A stretch of 64,000 nucleotides of DNA, from the NCBI GenBank assembly GCA_951406725.2, contig OX597832.1, positions 47,120,001-47,184,000 on the forward strand, read 5' to 3'. The translations under genes were made by a program, and so were the position numbers. The notes beneath the pieces were generated by a model, which was not told where the DNA came from, did no database searches, and saw only the letters and a list, made by a program, of their open reading frames with translations. The stretch comes from Octopus vulgaris (Eukaryota). Positions 40,815 to 55,526 of the stretch are shown piece after piece. Every line of letters starts with the position of its first letter. Within the stretch, counting starts at the first letter, position 1.

Positions 40815-41555
40815 CGTGACCAACCAGGCTATCATATATAAGTTTCATTATATATGACCAGGCTAGTTCATATATTCAAAAGAGAAGCCCACATTAGATC
40901 CAGATACAATATATCTTTAGAAGGCTGATTTTTATTGCCGGTCAGAGTGGCCATCGACTTAGCGCGTAAATTAGACAGACGCGAGTAAACCGTTGTTCTA
41001 ATCACAAGTAAAAACCTGTCATGTTTTGAAAGACAAATATATGAATAAAGTGTTATTAATTTCGCAAATGCAATTTACTTCATGCTGATCAAATATTAAT
41101 AAAACAGTACATCTGGTTATGTAACGTCACGATTACTACAGGTTTACGCTTTCTCTCCAGACTAAACTGGAATAATTCATAAAATGGAATCATTCATAAA
41201 TTGAAATTTCTCAAACAAGAATCGTAGATGTCTTAGCATTTCCATTATTATTGGTCTTCGTTCTGTATACGTATTATTTCTGTTGCCTTTAATTTTTCTC
41301 ATATATTTTCTCATTTCCAAGTATAGGCGCAGGCATGGTTGTATAGCTAAGAACCTGGCTTTGTCAGCCGAGTGATTTCGCATTCAATCTCACTGCGTGG
41401 CATTATGGCTCTCTTCTACTCTATCACCAATCAACATATATGTGTGTGTGTGTGTATGTGTGTGTGTGCTTGCATATTTCGTTTAAAGAGGTCCTGCCCT
41501 AAATATATATATATATATATATACACAATACATACACATACATACACACACACAT

Positions 41556-41599
<44 letters not shown>

Positions 41600-41613
<14 letters not shown>

Positions 41614-41700
41614 TTATATATATATTTATATATATATAGATACACATACATATATTTATATATATATATGTTTATATATATATATAAATACACATACATA

Positions 41701-41744
<44 letters not shown>

Positions 41745-41758
41745 CACATACATATATT

Positions 41759-41792
<34 letters not shown>

Positions 41793-41810
41793 AATACACA
41801 TACATATATT

Positions 41811-41842
<32 letters not shown>

Positions 41843-41893
41843 ATAGATACACATACATATATTTATATATATATAAATACACATACATATATT

Positions 41894-41925
<32 letters not shown>

Positions 41926-42100
41926 CATAAATACACATACATATATTTATATATATATATATATATATACACATAAATACACATACATATATTTATATAT
42001 ATATATATATTTATATATACATAAATACACATACATATATTTATTTATATATTTATATATATATATATATATTTTATATATACAGAAATACACATACATA

Positions 42101-42150
<50 letters not shown>
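41600..42150. repeat. Minisatellite built from (TA)n plus the anchor ATACACATACATATATTTA (~10 units)
   Basis: The anchor recurs about every 30-65 bp with variable (TA)n spacers. Confidence 0.85.
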
Positions 42151-42153
<3 letters not shown>

Positions 42154-42467
42154 TAGTGCCTTGTTGTACCATTTATCTACTTTTATATATATATATATAT
42201 GATACCTGCCAAAAGAAGAATGTCTTCTTTTACGTCGTATGAAGTACAGGAAATAATGATTCAAAATACATGTAATTAGTGAAGAAACAGAGAGGCATTT
42301 CAGCATGTATTACACAGCCATTATGTCATGCGAAATATGACTGAAGCTTGAATGATATTACAAATAGACGTATATTATTTACCCATTTCAGTAGCTACAT
42401 CTATCGACGTACAAACAAATATATTTGTATAATAAATATATATATATATCTACGTATATATATATAT

Positions 42468-42499
<32 letters not shown>

Positions 42500-42657
42500 A
42501 TGTATATATACATACATATATATACATATATATATATATGTATATACATATACATATACGTATATATATACATATATATATATGTATATACATATATATA
42601 TATATGTATATACATATACATATACGTATATATATACATATATATATATGTATATAC

Positions 42658-42849
<192 letters not shown>

Positions 42850-43456
42850 TAAATACATATAATCATGCTTAGGTATGTGTGTGTTTGTGTCTGTGTCTGT
42901 GTCTGTGTCTCTGTCTCTGTCTATATCTGTATAAAGGCATAGATATATATACACGCATACAGACATACAGTATATTCATGCACATATACGACCAGACCAA
43001 CATAACTTAGCACCGCATATCGCATACATACGCACTCAATTCAAATGTTGATGCAGGAATTTCGCGAGCGATTACAGAAGGTATATTTTGGAAGCTTTTG
43101 ATTTTCTTTACAATTATAACAACTGAGGTAATTTTACGTGATTTCACTTAGAGAAAATCATCGTCTCAGATTGCTAACAGACGCCAACATTTCAGTGTAA
43201 TTGTTATGGTAACTAATAATGATTGTCCTCCAATTTCCTTCTATGCCACATATCTTTGGAAGTATCGTTATTTTTTCTTTCCGTATTGCAAGTTACTAGT
43301 TTTGTGTAAGCCAACCCCGTCCTTATAACTCACACATACGTACATATATACACACTTGTGCACGCGACGCACGAATTTGTGGCTGTATAACTTCACTCTT
43401 CCTTTGCTAATATATATTATGTAAGGTCTGTTTCTATACGTCTCTGGCTCTTTGAA

Positions 43457-43494
<38 letters not shown>

Positions 43495-43570
43495 GTACAC
43501 ATACACGCTGTTTATCTGTATCTATATACGCCTGCATACGAACGCACGTGTGAGTGCGATTTACATTCTG

Positions 43571-43790
43571 TTATATCCTTGAGCAAGACACTTTATTTCA
43601 TATTGCTCCAGCTGGCAAAACTCGGTTGTATCTGAAGTTCAAAGGACCAGCCTTGTCACACCTAGTATCACACTGAATCTCCCTGAGAACTATGTTACAG
43701 ATACAGCAGTCTGTGGAGTGTTCAGCCACTTACACTTTCATTTCAGGAACAGGCTGTTCCGTTGATTGAATCATCTGAAACCCTCATCGT
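43571..43790 (+). mobile_element. 5'-truncated CORE-like SINE with family-A tail
   Basis: TCCTTGAGCAAGACACTTTATTTCA...GTCTGTGGAGTGTTCAGCCACTTACAC...CAGGCTGTTCCGTTGATT. Confidence 0.75.
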
Positions 43791-43868
<78 letters not shown>

Positions 43869-43873
43869 TGATT

Positions 43874-44344
<471 letters not shown>

Positions 44345-45523
44345 GGATGTGTGGATGATGGATCAAAATATTTTGATTCAAAATCCGTGGTATTTAAAGT
44401 TACGTTGAATAATCTGCAGACGTCCTAGAAAGTGTTCAATATGGCTAATCTGTATCTACTGTCGAATGCATGATATGAAGTCGTAGCCATACATCCGAAC
44501 TCAGATATGTTCTCCCATGCTTCAGAGCCATACCGCTCTCGAAGCAGACGTCCTGTTATAACTTAATATCACCTAAATAAAAAAATAAAACAATAATGTG
44601 ATTTTTCAGACATTGAACTCATCTATCTAAATCATAATTTAGTGTCTGACGTTAAAGTCCTATATAATACTTTTTTCAAAGTTTTACCACTGACCTGAGA
44701 AAATATTAGCGATAAATCATGTGTTGAAACTGCAACTCAGAAGTGAAATATTTTTCCTCCATTTTGATGCTTCATACTCAGCGAGTCCGTCCAGTAATTT
44801 TAATGCTAATTTGCCAAAAGATAACATAATTAGGGAAATTGGAATTATAAGTGACATGTCTTTTAGTCTTCAAGGAAATGGAAGCAATTTGTTAACCTTT
44901 CTAATAATGTATCAAATATTTTTTTTTAATAGAGAAATTTAAAAGACAAAAGTTAACATTTATAAAAAGACGTCAGAGAAATTTTAATTTAGGCGCTCAA
45001 GATTTATCTTTGCCCGCTTGTTCTGAAGCAATAATTTAAGTTAGAAGTCTTTGATGACATCACAGAGTCTAGCAAATGCTTCCATTTTGATATTAGATTT
45101 CTTCGTTCGAGGTCAAAAGGAAACATAAATTCCCGGTGTAAAAAAAATGGCGGCTGTTAGAAGAAGTGTTTGCGTTATTTTCTTTTGCATTGATTGAAAT
45201 TTCAGCGAAGGGTTCCTCTTCTCATACAACGTTATAGTGAATTGTGTTACTTTTTACTACACCATCGTTCACTGTCTATTGGGAAATGAGATGGCAAGCA
45301 GAAATTAAAAAAAATTTTTTTAATCTGTTGATACTGGTATAGGAGAAGGTACGAATCAAACCGCTTTCTGAGAATTTATTTTCTTAAAATAAAATATACT
45401 AAAATAACTAACTTCGATCAAATACGTGTGTGTTTGTGAGTGTGTAAATGTGTGTTTGTATGTGTGTATGTTATTACATGTACACGTGTAGAAATGTGTG
45501 CATAAAGTGTATGTATATATTTT

Positions 45524-45571
<48 letters not shown>

Positions 45572-45775
45572 AACGGCGGCGAGCTGGCAGAATCGTTAGC
45601 GGTATTTCGCCCGTCGCTACGTTCTGAACTCAAATTCCGCCGAGGTCGACATTGCCTTTCATCATTTCGGGGTCGATAAATTAAATACCAGTGAAACACT
45701 TGGGCCGATGTAATCAACTCATCCCCTCCCCAAAATGGCTGCCCTTGTGACACAATTTGAAACCCTTATTATTAT
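45572..45775 (+). mobile_element. Family-B SINE (older tail type) flanked by (ATT)n
   Basis: GGCGGCGAGCTGGCAGAATCGTTAGC...core...AATTTGAAACCCTTATTATT. Confidence 0.85.
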
Positions 45776-46067
45776 TGATGTTGCGGTTGTTGTCTTTGTA
45801 ATTTGAAACTGAAGTAAATGGATTTGAAATGACTCTATATTATTTAACTTCATCCATAAATGCGATTGGTGAAGCTAAATGCTTCATCAATTCGAAGTCT
45901 GATTTCCAATAACTTTGCAATCATTCATATGGCTTTGATCAAATAATTTACCGTCATATACAGAAGATCACTTACCTATACACATTTAACTATTAGCTTT
46001 GAAGTTTGAAATACCCAAATTATATCTGAGTCTTTGAAAGTTTTGATAACAGACTGATACGTATGGT

Positions 46068-46375
46068 TGTTGTTGTTTGTTCCTTCTTGAGCCACGCCTG
46101 GCTCATAGGGTCGGTTTCCCGGTTTCCTTGGCGTATAGGTTCCCCACCTGGACGGGGCGCTTGTCCGTCGCAGGTGAGCTGCAAGATGCAGGAGGAAAGA
46201 GTGAGAGAAAGTTGTGGTGAAAGAGTCAGAAGAAATTCGACATTACCTTCTGCCGGAGCCGCGTGGAGCTTAGGTGTTTCGCTCATAAACACACACATCA
46301 CCCGGTCTGAGATTCGAACCCGCGATCCCTTGACCGCAAGTCCGCTGTTCTAACCACTAGGCCATGTGTCTCCAC
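46068..46375 (-). mobile_element. SINE family V with 12-bp TSD
   Basis: Reverse complement of 19372-19679. TSD GATACGTATGGT (46056-46067) / GATATGTATGGT (46376-46387), differing by one CpG-type change. Confidence 0.92.
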
Positions 46376-46869
46376 GATATGTATGGTAGCGTTCACTATT
46401 CCAGTTGGCTCCTTTAGGATCCAAATTCAAAGTTTCTCTAGTTTTAACTTGACCAATAAAGACCGCCGAGGGTCAAGGTAGGAGATGGGTCTGTACATGT
46501 ATGCGCCGGCCCGGGTAAGAATTTTTGAGGATCACTTGCAGTTTTCTAGTCCGTATAAATCTCTCTCATCGGCACGACCCATTTATTTGTTTTTCATCAA
46601 ATGGATATTCTGCTGAGGTTGTACTGATACAGATTGGTACCAGTATCATCACAGGTGTAACTGTTTTAAAGCAAAAACAAAGCTAAAACAACCACTGCAA
46701 GGATGTGAGTGCTAAGCGAAGAATGTCGCAAGATTCTACTATCGCGTGAATGATTCGACAAATTCGCAAATCTTATCATGACTATTCTATTAATCACTTT
46801 AATATCAATTTAAAATGTTCCTGCCATTAATTTTTTTCTTTATTATGCAGATCAGCGTAAATAATTATT

Positions 46870-47305
46870 TCTAGTTTTGGCACAAAACCAGTAATTTTAA
46901 GAGTGTGTTGTTCGACTAACGTAGTTGGGTGGTACTGTGTTTTATCGACCCCGATAGGATGAAAACGTAACATTGACTCTGCTGAAAGTTAACTCAGGAC
47001 TTAAAGAGCCGGAAGAAATGCAGCTAATCATTTTGTCCGATGCGCTTGCGATTCTGTCAGCTCGTCGCTTTACAGTAGATAAATAATAATACTTTCTACT
47101 GCAAGCACAAGACCTGAAATTTTGTGAGGGCAAGGCTAGTCGATTATATTGATCCCAGTAATAGACTGGTGCTTACTTTATCAAAACCCCGAACGAATAA
47201 AAGGCAAAGTCAACCACGGCGGAATTTGAACTCAGAACGTACATATGGATGAAACGTCACTAAACTATTTCCCCGCCGTGGTAACGTTTTAGCCATCTCG
47301 GCGCC
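46870..47305 (-). mobile_element. Two tandem degenerate family-B SINEs
   Basis: TTTATCGACCCCGA..GGATGAAA and GGCAAAGTCAACCACGGCGGAATTTGAACTCAGAACG motifs. Confidence 0.7.
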
Positions 47306-47517
47306 CCTTAGACGCTAGAAAATAATAATATAAAGATACGTCCATTATTTTCACCACTAAGTTTTAAACTCTCAGATCCACATCACTTTACATTGTGCAT
47401 TTCTCTAAACTGTAGATGGAATTATCTTCCTTGATCAAGTTTTTAAATTTCTTACAGGGTTTCTCTTTATAATATTAATTGCTTAGATCCACTATATCCT
47501 ATATGAGAACTCTAGAG

Positions 47518-47780
47518 CAGGGATTCTTAACCCTTTTTTTTAATTTATAAAACCCCTCTGGTCACTATTCTATTCTGGTGGACCCCCATAGCCATTAAAT
47601 GTTTAAAAACTAGTTTTAAAGATAATTCTTTCAAAATTCTTCTTTCGGTTTTCAGACACTAACTTGTGTAGGTTGATCTACGTAAAATGCTAGAGAAAAA
47701 AATCCAATCTCTATCTTGTAATTCATACTAATACATACACCTACAACAAAACTTTTTCAGGGGCCCTTAAAATACTAATT
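47518..47780. mobile_element. hAT/Charlie-like MITE fragment
   Basis: CTCTAGAG|CAGGGATTCTTAACC terminus. Shares CCATAGCCATT..ATGTTTAAAAA with 49617-49870. Confidence 0.5.
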
Positions 47781-48653
47781 TGTTTCGAGAAATGCCAAAA
47801 TAATATCTTATATGGCCCCTGCGGGGTTTCTTTCAGTTTCTGTCAACCAAATCCACTCACAAAAATTTGGTACGCAGCGGGACCGAACCTGGAACCACGT
47901 GGTTGGGAATCATGCTTCTTACCACAGAGCCGCACCTGCGCCTATAAATATATATTGTCGAATATTTGAAAGAACACCGTATCTCGAAACAAAACTCGTG
48001 ACTTTGTTATAATTGCATCAGACATTTCTTAAAAGGACACATCCTCGAGAAGAATTTCAGAGAGCGATTTTATTTCTAATGGTCTGCTCGTCATCACGAA
48101 TTTGCGAAAGAGAGGGAAATAAAAATACTAGAAAATGGCAACGTAATGAAATTATCTCAAGAATCGACAAATAATATTTCTCGTCCTTTTTCGTAGGCAA
48201 CAAAATATTCTATTAACCATAATTCGCGTGAGCTACTTAAAATATTTCATTTTTATTTCCTTTCAGCTTATATGGTATATTATATTATTCGTTTAGTTTT
48301 CCTTTCGTCCTTCGCTAAATTAAAATCAATTGTATGTTTTTTTTCCTAAAACTTACATAAGAGGTTTTGCAGATGACATATGTAAATTGAAATATAATTT
48401 GATTCCTCATCTTTGTTTTAAAGTAGCATCGTCTGAGTTCTATAGATTTGCTGCAGGCTGAGTATTGTCTTACTGTTATAACTTCGTTTTCGCTTCCAAA
48501 GTTTTCGTTCATTGTATTTAACCCAGTATATTTTCTGGTACACTATTTATCGATCCCGAAAGATAGGAATATCAACTTGGTCCTTCAAATAACCTAATGG
48601 AACTGAAAGCTGAAGTTTCTTTACGGTGCAAGCGTAGCTATGTGGTAAGAAGC

Positions 48654-48878
48654 GGCGAGCTGGCAGAATCGTTAGCACGCCGGGCGAAATGCGTAGCCGT
48701 ATTTCGTCTGCCGTTACGTTCTGAGTTCAAATTCCGCCGAGGTCGACTTTGCCTTTCATTCTTTCGGGGTCGATAAATTAAGTACGAGCTACGTACTGGG
48801 GTCGATGTAATCGACTTAATCGTTTGTCTGTCCTTGTTCGTCCTCTCTGTGTTTAGCCCCTTGTGGGCAATAAAGAAA
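48654..48878 (+). mobile_element. Young family-B SINE inserted into the head of a family-C SINE, 8-bp TSD
   Basis: TSD TAAGAAGC at 48646-48653 and 48879-48886. The flanks rejoin as GCTATGTGGTAAGAAGCATGATTCCCAACCAC. Confidence 0.9.
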
Positions 48879-48979
48879 TAAGAAGCATGATTCCCAACCA
48901 CGTGGTCCCGGGTTCAGTCTCACTGCGTATCAAATCTTTGTGAGTGGATTTAATAGACGGAAACTGAAAGAAACCCGCC

Positions 48980-49031
<52 letters not shown>

Positions 49032-49616
49032 GTGTGTGTGCGTGTGTGTGTGTTTCGACTTAATCGCTTTGTCTATCCTTGTTTGTCCCCTCTATGTTTA
49101 GCCCCTTGTGAACAATAAAGAAATAAGCGTAGCTGTGTTGTTCTTATTTTGATTCTTAACTACATGGTTCCGAGATCGGTCCTACTGTGAGGCACGTTGA
49201 CAATGTGCTTTCTACTATAGCCCAGGGCTGACCAAAGACTGGTGAATTTTGTAGATGGATATTGAAAAAGATTTGTCATGTGTTTTTGAAAGAGAGAGAG
49301 AGAGAGAGAGAGTACGTGTGTGTATGTGTATGTGTGTCTCTGTGTGTTAGTTTGTGTGCTTGTTGTGTGTTTGTACGTGTGTTTATGTGTATGTATTTTA
49401 CACAGCGTATCACGATTTATGGTGCGGTAATCTGGATAGGAAAGCTTCAGACATTTTCCGCTATCTGGCCAAGATCTACAAAGGTGAAAGGATGGCATAT
49501 ATTTTGCTATAAAACATGGTAGATATCCTCTTACTGAGATTTGAAACTTACTAATATGCCTCTTGAAATCTCACCTATTTCTTTTATTCCTCACAAAACT
49601 AGCCACCCCCGTGGAT

Positions 49617-49870
49617 CAGTATTTCTTAACCAATACTTTTTCTATGGACCTCTTCGATTCCTGTTCTACTAAGGTGTATCACCATAGCCATTTGATGTTT
49701 AAAAAATCATATACTTTTATGATTAAATATTATTAGGAATTGTGTTTCAAAAATTGTAAGAATATTTTACGTATTGCAGAAGTACAACCAGTTTATTGCA
49801 GATAGATTTTAACAACAAAATCTAATGTGAACCCGCTAAGGGCTGTATGAACCCCGGTTGAAAACCATTG
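49617..49870. mobile_element. hAT/Charlie-like MITE
   Basis: Degenerate TIRs CAGTATTTCTTAACC / GGTTGAAAACCATTG (CAGTGGTTCTCAACC type). No clear TSD. Confidence 0.55.
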
Positions 49871-50580
49871 GTGTAACTGATCCTTATTTGAGCCTTTACT
49901 TCTGAAGGCGATGGATCAACATATGTGGAACAGAAGGGGCTCAAACGATCTACATTTAAACAAAGAAAAATGAAACAAATGCGTAGATAGGGCCGATGAA
50001 ATGTTGGCAAACAATTTAACAATTTCTGCCAGCAATTGAGAACTTTACAATTAATTTTTTTTTTTCTTTCTCTTATCGGAAAAGGTCCTTTGGGTGAGCT
50101 TCAATAACGAAATCACTATATTTACAACGATTAATTTTAACTGGAATCAATTCTTAATGAGAATAGAGTCTATTCGTTCCATTGTTATCCAGTGTCTGCT
50201 ATAGTCTTTCTGTGTTTACCCAAAACATTCTCTAGTAACGTTGTTTTGGATAACAAGCTAATATTGCTTCATGTTCATACGCAGTCCTCTGGTACATTTG
50301 TTGCTGTTGCTGTTGCTGCTGCTTTTGCTCCTGTTGTTCTTGTCATTGTTGTTGTTGTTGCTACTATATGATGTTTTAAACCACTGCATTGCTATTCAGT
50401 CTGCATTTTACTAAAGATGTTAGTCCGTTTTATCCTATTAAAATCTATTGTCTGATAAACATACGTATACAGTTAGCTATACATAAAGAAAATACAAACA
50501 CACGAACAGCAGACTCGGAAATACATATTCATATACACACGTATGTATGTATGTCTATGTATGAATCTAATAAACATTAT

Positions 50581-50624
<44 letters not shown>

Positions 50625-50659
50625 GGGGTGAAAGAGTGAAAGAGCGAAAGGGCAGATTA

Positions 50660-51060
<401 letters not shown>

Positions 51061-51766
51061 TTCACATAGAGAGTGAGCGAGAAACAGCGATAAATTGTTC
51101 TGTGACAATGATCAGATCCACAAAAAATGACATGCATGCTGGCATAGATATCTCAATTCATACACACGTATACATTTTTTTCAACTCAGGATACACACAC
51201 ATACACACACACACACACACACACATACACACACGCTAGCACAAATGTATCTACTGTAGGCTGGCAGTTAAGCTGGATGCGCAAAAGTTCTCCATTGCTT
51301 TCGCATTATCCAATGATGCATTGCAGATATGACAGCGCCACAAAGTAATTATTGCCTGCTACATTCCCTAATAGGCATGCTATTAATTTCAATTTTCTAT
51401 CTAACTACATCCGGAAAACAGTAATTCGTCAAATATTGATTTCTGATTTGGGCACAAGGCCAGCAATTTCGGGGAAGATGTAAGTCGATTACATTGACCC
51501 CAATACTCAGCTTGCACTTATGTTATCCACTCCGAAGGGACTGAAAGTCAAAGTCGACCTCTGCGTCATTTGAACTCAGAACTTAAAAAGAAAACGAACG
51601 AAATGCCTCTAATTATTAATCCCGACGGACTAATGACTCTGGCAGCTCGCCGCCAAATATTCACTACTCAGTTTCAAGTTCAGCAGTCCATAAACTGCCT
51701 GAGAAATGAATTACTATTAGAACCTAAAACACTTATATCCGAGCAATTTCTTCACTTAAAATGGAC

Positions 51767-52104
51767 GGTACTTGTACTTGTACTTGTGGCGACATTCACT
51801 CATGGAAGAAGATTCGTGGGAATATGTGGATTTTCACAAGCGATCCCCAACTATCCCGCATGTGGAGACATCCTGGTTGCCGCAGATTGTCCGCAGACGC
51901 TGGGACAGAACGACCGACAAGCCGCCGGTTGCCGAAGCGGATACTCCGAGGATTTTCACCAGAGCCCCGTCTGCCGGGTTGTGGCCTTAATACCATTCGG
52001 TGTCAGACCAATCCGCCTTGGGTGACCCTACCAGGAACCGAAGTTCCCGACGGCATAGCTCTGACACTACCCGTTGCCAGCGTCCCCACCACGGTGAGGA
52101 GGGG
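51767..52104 (-). mobile_element. ~340-bp non-autonomous RTE-type retroposon with a structured 5' head and (ACAAGT)n tail
   Basis: The minus strand starts CCCCTCCTCACCGTGGTGGGG...AGAGCTATGCCG...GGTAGGGTCACCCAAGGCGG (RTE 5'-UTR-type motif) and ends ACAAGTACAAGTACAAGTA. Possible TSD ATGGAC at 51761-51766 and 52105-52110. Confidence 0.65.
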
Positions 52105-52208
52105 ATGGACTTTGGGCACGGACAAACGATTTTGCCAACTCGACAAATTAAAGGTTGTATTAGAAAGTTATAATTCTACAAGTCACGGAGATCTCATTTG
52201 GGACATAA

Positions 52209-52594
52209 GGAGGCGCAATGGCCCAGTGGTTAGGGCAGTGGACTCGCGGTCATAAGGTCGCGGTTTCGATTCCCAGACCGGGCGTTGTGAGTGTTTATTG
52301 AGCGAAAACACCTAAAAGCTCCACGAGGCTCCGGCAGGGGATGGTGGTGATCCCTGCTGTACTCTTTCACCACAACTTTCTCTCACTCTTACTTCCTGTT
52401 TCTGTTGTACCTGTATTTCAAAGGGCCGGCCTTGTCACTCTCTGTGTCACGCTGAATATCCCCGAGAACTACGTTAAGGGTACACGTGTCTGTGGAGTGC
52501 TCAGCCACTTACACGTTAATTTCACGAGCAAGCTGTTCCGTTGATTCGGATCAACCGGAACCCTCGTCGTCGTAACCGACGGAGTGCTTCCATC
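52209..52594 (+). mobile_element. Full-length SINE family A with 14-bp TSD
   Basis: TSD CATTTGGGACATAA at 52195-52208 and 52595-52608. Near-identical to two other copies. Confidence 0.95.
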
Positions 52595-53510
52595 CATTTG
52601 GGACATAATTTGGGAGACGTGCGTTCTTTAAGGTGTCCTAGTGATCATGGTGTTCTGCCTCTGATCATAATGTCATCGGTTTGATTCCTCAACTGTAAAG
52701 TGCATTCTACCCCAGAGCAAGGCAATTGGCTCTACGTTGCTGCAGTCTATTCATCTGTAATTAGTAATAGCTGGGCACTAGTGCAGCCCTATCCCTCCCC
52801 AGCCAACACATATTTGATATCCCACTCAATGGAGGTGAAAGAATAGAGCCGAGTGGGTGTCTATGTTTTGAGAAATTGTTGGCGAAAGTATAGTATGGTT
52901 TACCAAGCCACATTCGTTGTGGAGTAACGGCTGCTTGTAACTGTAAGTTCAGTAGTGAAAATATTTATCATATAACTGTTATATAAAAGTTCTAGACATG
53001 TTTGTAAACTGCAGTAGTAAGGCGTATTAGTGAGTGAGTGAATATATGTGGACGTGCGCGCTCCGACGACTTTTGTTTTAAAAAGATTAGTAAAGTAATG
53101 TACTAAGAAGATTTAAAGAAGATTAAAATTTTTTTTAAGGTTTTCTGTGGACAAAAGATATTAAATCTCATGAATCTTCAATAAAAAAAAAACAGCGTTC
53201 AGTTGAGCGACATTCTCATCAGAAATATCTCCTCATTTCGCGATTAGTATAAAAAGAAATCCTTATATTCGAATGCGCTAAACTCTTCTCTACCGAGTAA
53301 TTACAACGATCTTAAATGCTGCCATCAAGACAGTGTGTGTCATTTTAATGCATTAGTTTATCTTCCAAGGCTTTCCACAAAATACTGAAACAGAAGCCTC
53401 ACTAGAACTTATAAAATACCTTTCGTTAGAAGATTCTGCAAACATATGAATCTAGTTAGACATTCACAAAGACGCCTTGCGCCTTCACTCTCAAATATGT
53501 AGAGATAAAC

Positions 53511-53840
53511 TGAAGGCGCATGGCTCAGTGGGTAGAGCGTCTAGCTTACGATCGTGAGGTTGTGAGTTCGAATCACGGACCGGGCTGCGTGTTGTGTTCT
53601 TGAGCAAGACACTTTATTTCACGTTGCTCCAGTTAACTCAGCTGTTGCGACGTCAGAAGTGCCAAGCTGTGTCGGCCCCTTTGCCTTTCCCTTGGGTAAC
53701 ATTGGTGGCATGTAGAGGGGTGGCCGATATGCATGGGCGACTGCTGGTCTTCCATAAACAACCTTGCCCGGACTTGTGCTTGGGAGGGTAACTTTCTAGG
53801 TGCAATCCCATGGTCATTCATGACCGAAGGGGGTCTTTAA
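53511..53840 (+). mobile_element. tRNA + CORE-like SINE with a distinct third tail type
   Basis: TGGCTCAGTGGGTAGAGCG...GAGTTCGAATC head, then GTGTTCTTGAGCAAGACACTT, then a tail ending ATGACCGAAGGGGGTCTTTA that I did not see elsewhere in the window. Confidence 0.8.
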
Positions 53841-54370
53841 TAAGAGCGAAAAGATACGAATATAAATGGCAGACCAAACCTCATGCTGTGGCCGGCGGAG
53901 AATGCCTATCCTTAGCAGGTACTTAGCGATGCGGAGAGATAATGCGTGGTGTGCAAAGTATAAAACCGTATGCACATACTGACAATCAGTTACTGGGCTC
54001 TGTATAGTCGACTCCAATATTTCAATAGGCAATGACTAACATGTGCAAAGAATGTTCATTTATCATCGCGGATGCAGATCGATTCTATATCTGAAAGTCT
54101 ATATATTGAAAAAGAGGTTTATATATTTCCATTTTCATTTAAAAAAATAAAAAATAAATAAAAGTTTTTTTGTAATCTAAAGGTCAAGCGAATATGATTG
54201 CAAATCAAAATAAATGTTTTATTTGATTTCAGTAACAAACTGTAAATTTATAACCGCATCTACGATAACTATGTTGGTGTTGATGATGATGATGATGATG
54301 ATGATAGCAACTGCAATAACAATATACTACAACAACAACAACAACAATAATAATAATAATAATAATGATG

Positions 54371-54404
<34 letters not shown>

Positions 54405-54412
54405 TAATAATA

Positions 54413-54443
<31 letters not shown>

Positions 54444-54444
54444 T

Positions 54445-54481
<37 letters not shown>

Positions 54482-54606
54482 TGTGTATGTATATGATTTT
54501 GTTTCCTTTCTCCCTCACTCTCTAGCTCTACCTACAAAAATACAGCTATTCACAATGTGTATGTATGTATGTTTGTTTGTTTGTGTGTGTGTGTGTGTGC
54601 ATGTCA

Positions 54607-54664
<58 letters not shown>

Positions 54665-54715
54665 CTTTGTATACATATATACATATATATATATGCGTGT
54701 ATGTATGTATGTATG

Positions 54716-55150
54716 ATTTTTCTTTGAGTTTTATCTAAGTTCCTAAGAGAGATCAAGTCGGTTGCTAACAAAGCAACAGAATTTTTTTAATCAAGTGGGT
54801 TCCCTGCATTTGCAAACATCTGGCTAAGTCGGTGCGTTGATTGAGCTGTCGATGCACACATCAAACCTCTGAATCTTTGAAATATCTTACACATCTTCAC
54901 TATGCAACTATTAGATTGGGATCTGGAGAACCGGCATCAGTTTCTTTAGGTGTATTTCTAGGGTTTTCTGTAAATTTCTTGGCATGTAAATTGATGCACC
55001 TGTCATGACAGGTACAAATGAGGGTTTATAGTCACGGTTCAAGAGCTGTAAGTACCGCATTAATTCACAGTAAATGTTCCCTTTTCCCTGAACTTTCCTG
55101 ATGGTACATTCTCATTCACTGGGCAGCTGACCTCTACATCAGTGCATGAC
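54716..55150 (-). mobile_element. 3' fragment of a restriction-like-endonuclease (RLE) non-LTR retrotransposon, R4/Dong- or NeSL-like
   Basis: The minus strand encodes, with frameshifts, CTDVEVSCPVNENV..KVQGKGNIYCELMRYLQLLNRDYKPSFVPVMTGASIY...IVKMCKIFQRF. This is the E-V-S-C-P...K..K..Y..L pattern of the RLE C-terminus. Both ends abut (TATG)n. Confidence 0.75.
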
Positions 55151-55466
55151 TATGTGTGTATGTATGTATGTATGTATGTATGTATGTATGTATGTATGTA
55201 TGTATGTATGCATGTATTTAGGTATGTATGTATGTATATATTACATATAGGTAGGTATACGAACGTTTAGCGAGCAGGCAGAATTGCTAGCGTATGAGAA
55301 ATGTTTAGAAGTCTTTCATCCAGCTGTTTACGTTCTGATCTCAAATTCCAGCGGGGTTAACGGTCCCTTTGAACCTTTCTGATTCGGTAAAGATGAAATA
55401 GCAATCAAATACCGCTGTCTGTGTAATCAAATTATCTATCCCATAAGGATTGCTGGCCTTGTGTCA

Positions 55467-55526
<60 letters not shown>

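Noticed and set aside
41600-42150. CRISPR-like repeat-spacer appearance (also at 61200-61620)
   Set aside because: The spacers are just variable (TA)n, the context is eukaryotic, and there are no cas genes.
45143-45200. AAAATGGCGG start/YY1-like motif
   Set aside because: The ORF ends after 16 codons, and a single motif is insufficient evidence for a promoter.
52209-52285. tRNA-like sequences (also at 8780-8857, 19372-19450 and 53511-53585)
   Set aside because: They are SINE heads with A/B boxes continuing into SINE bodies, mostly with TSDs. There is no complete cloverleaf or acceptor stem.
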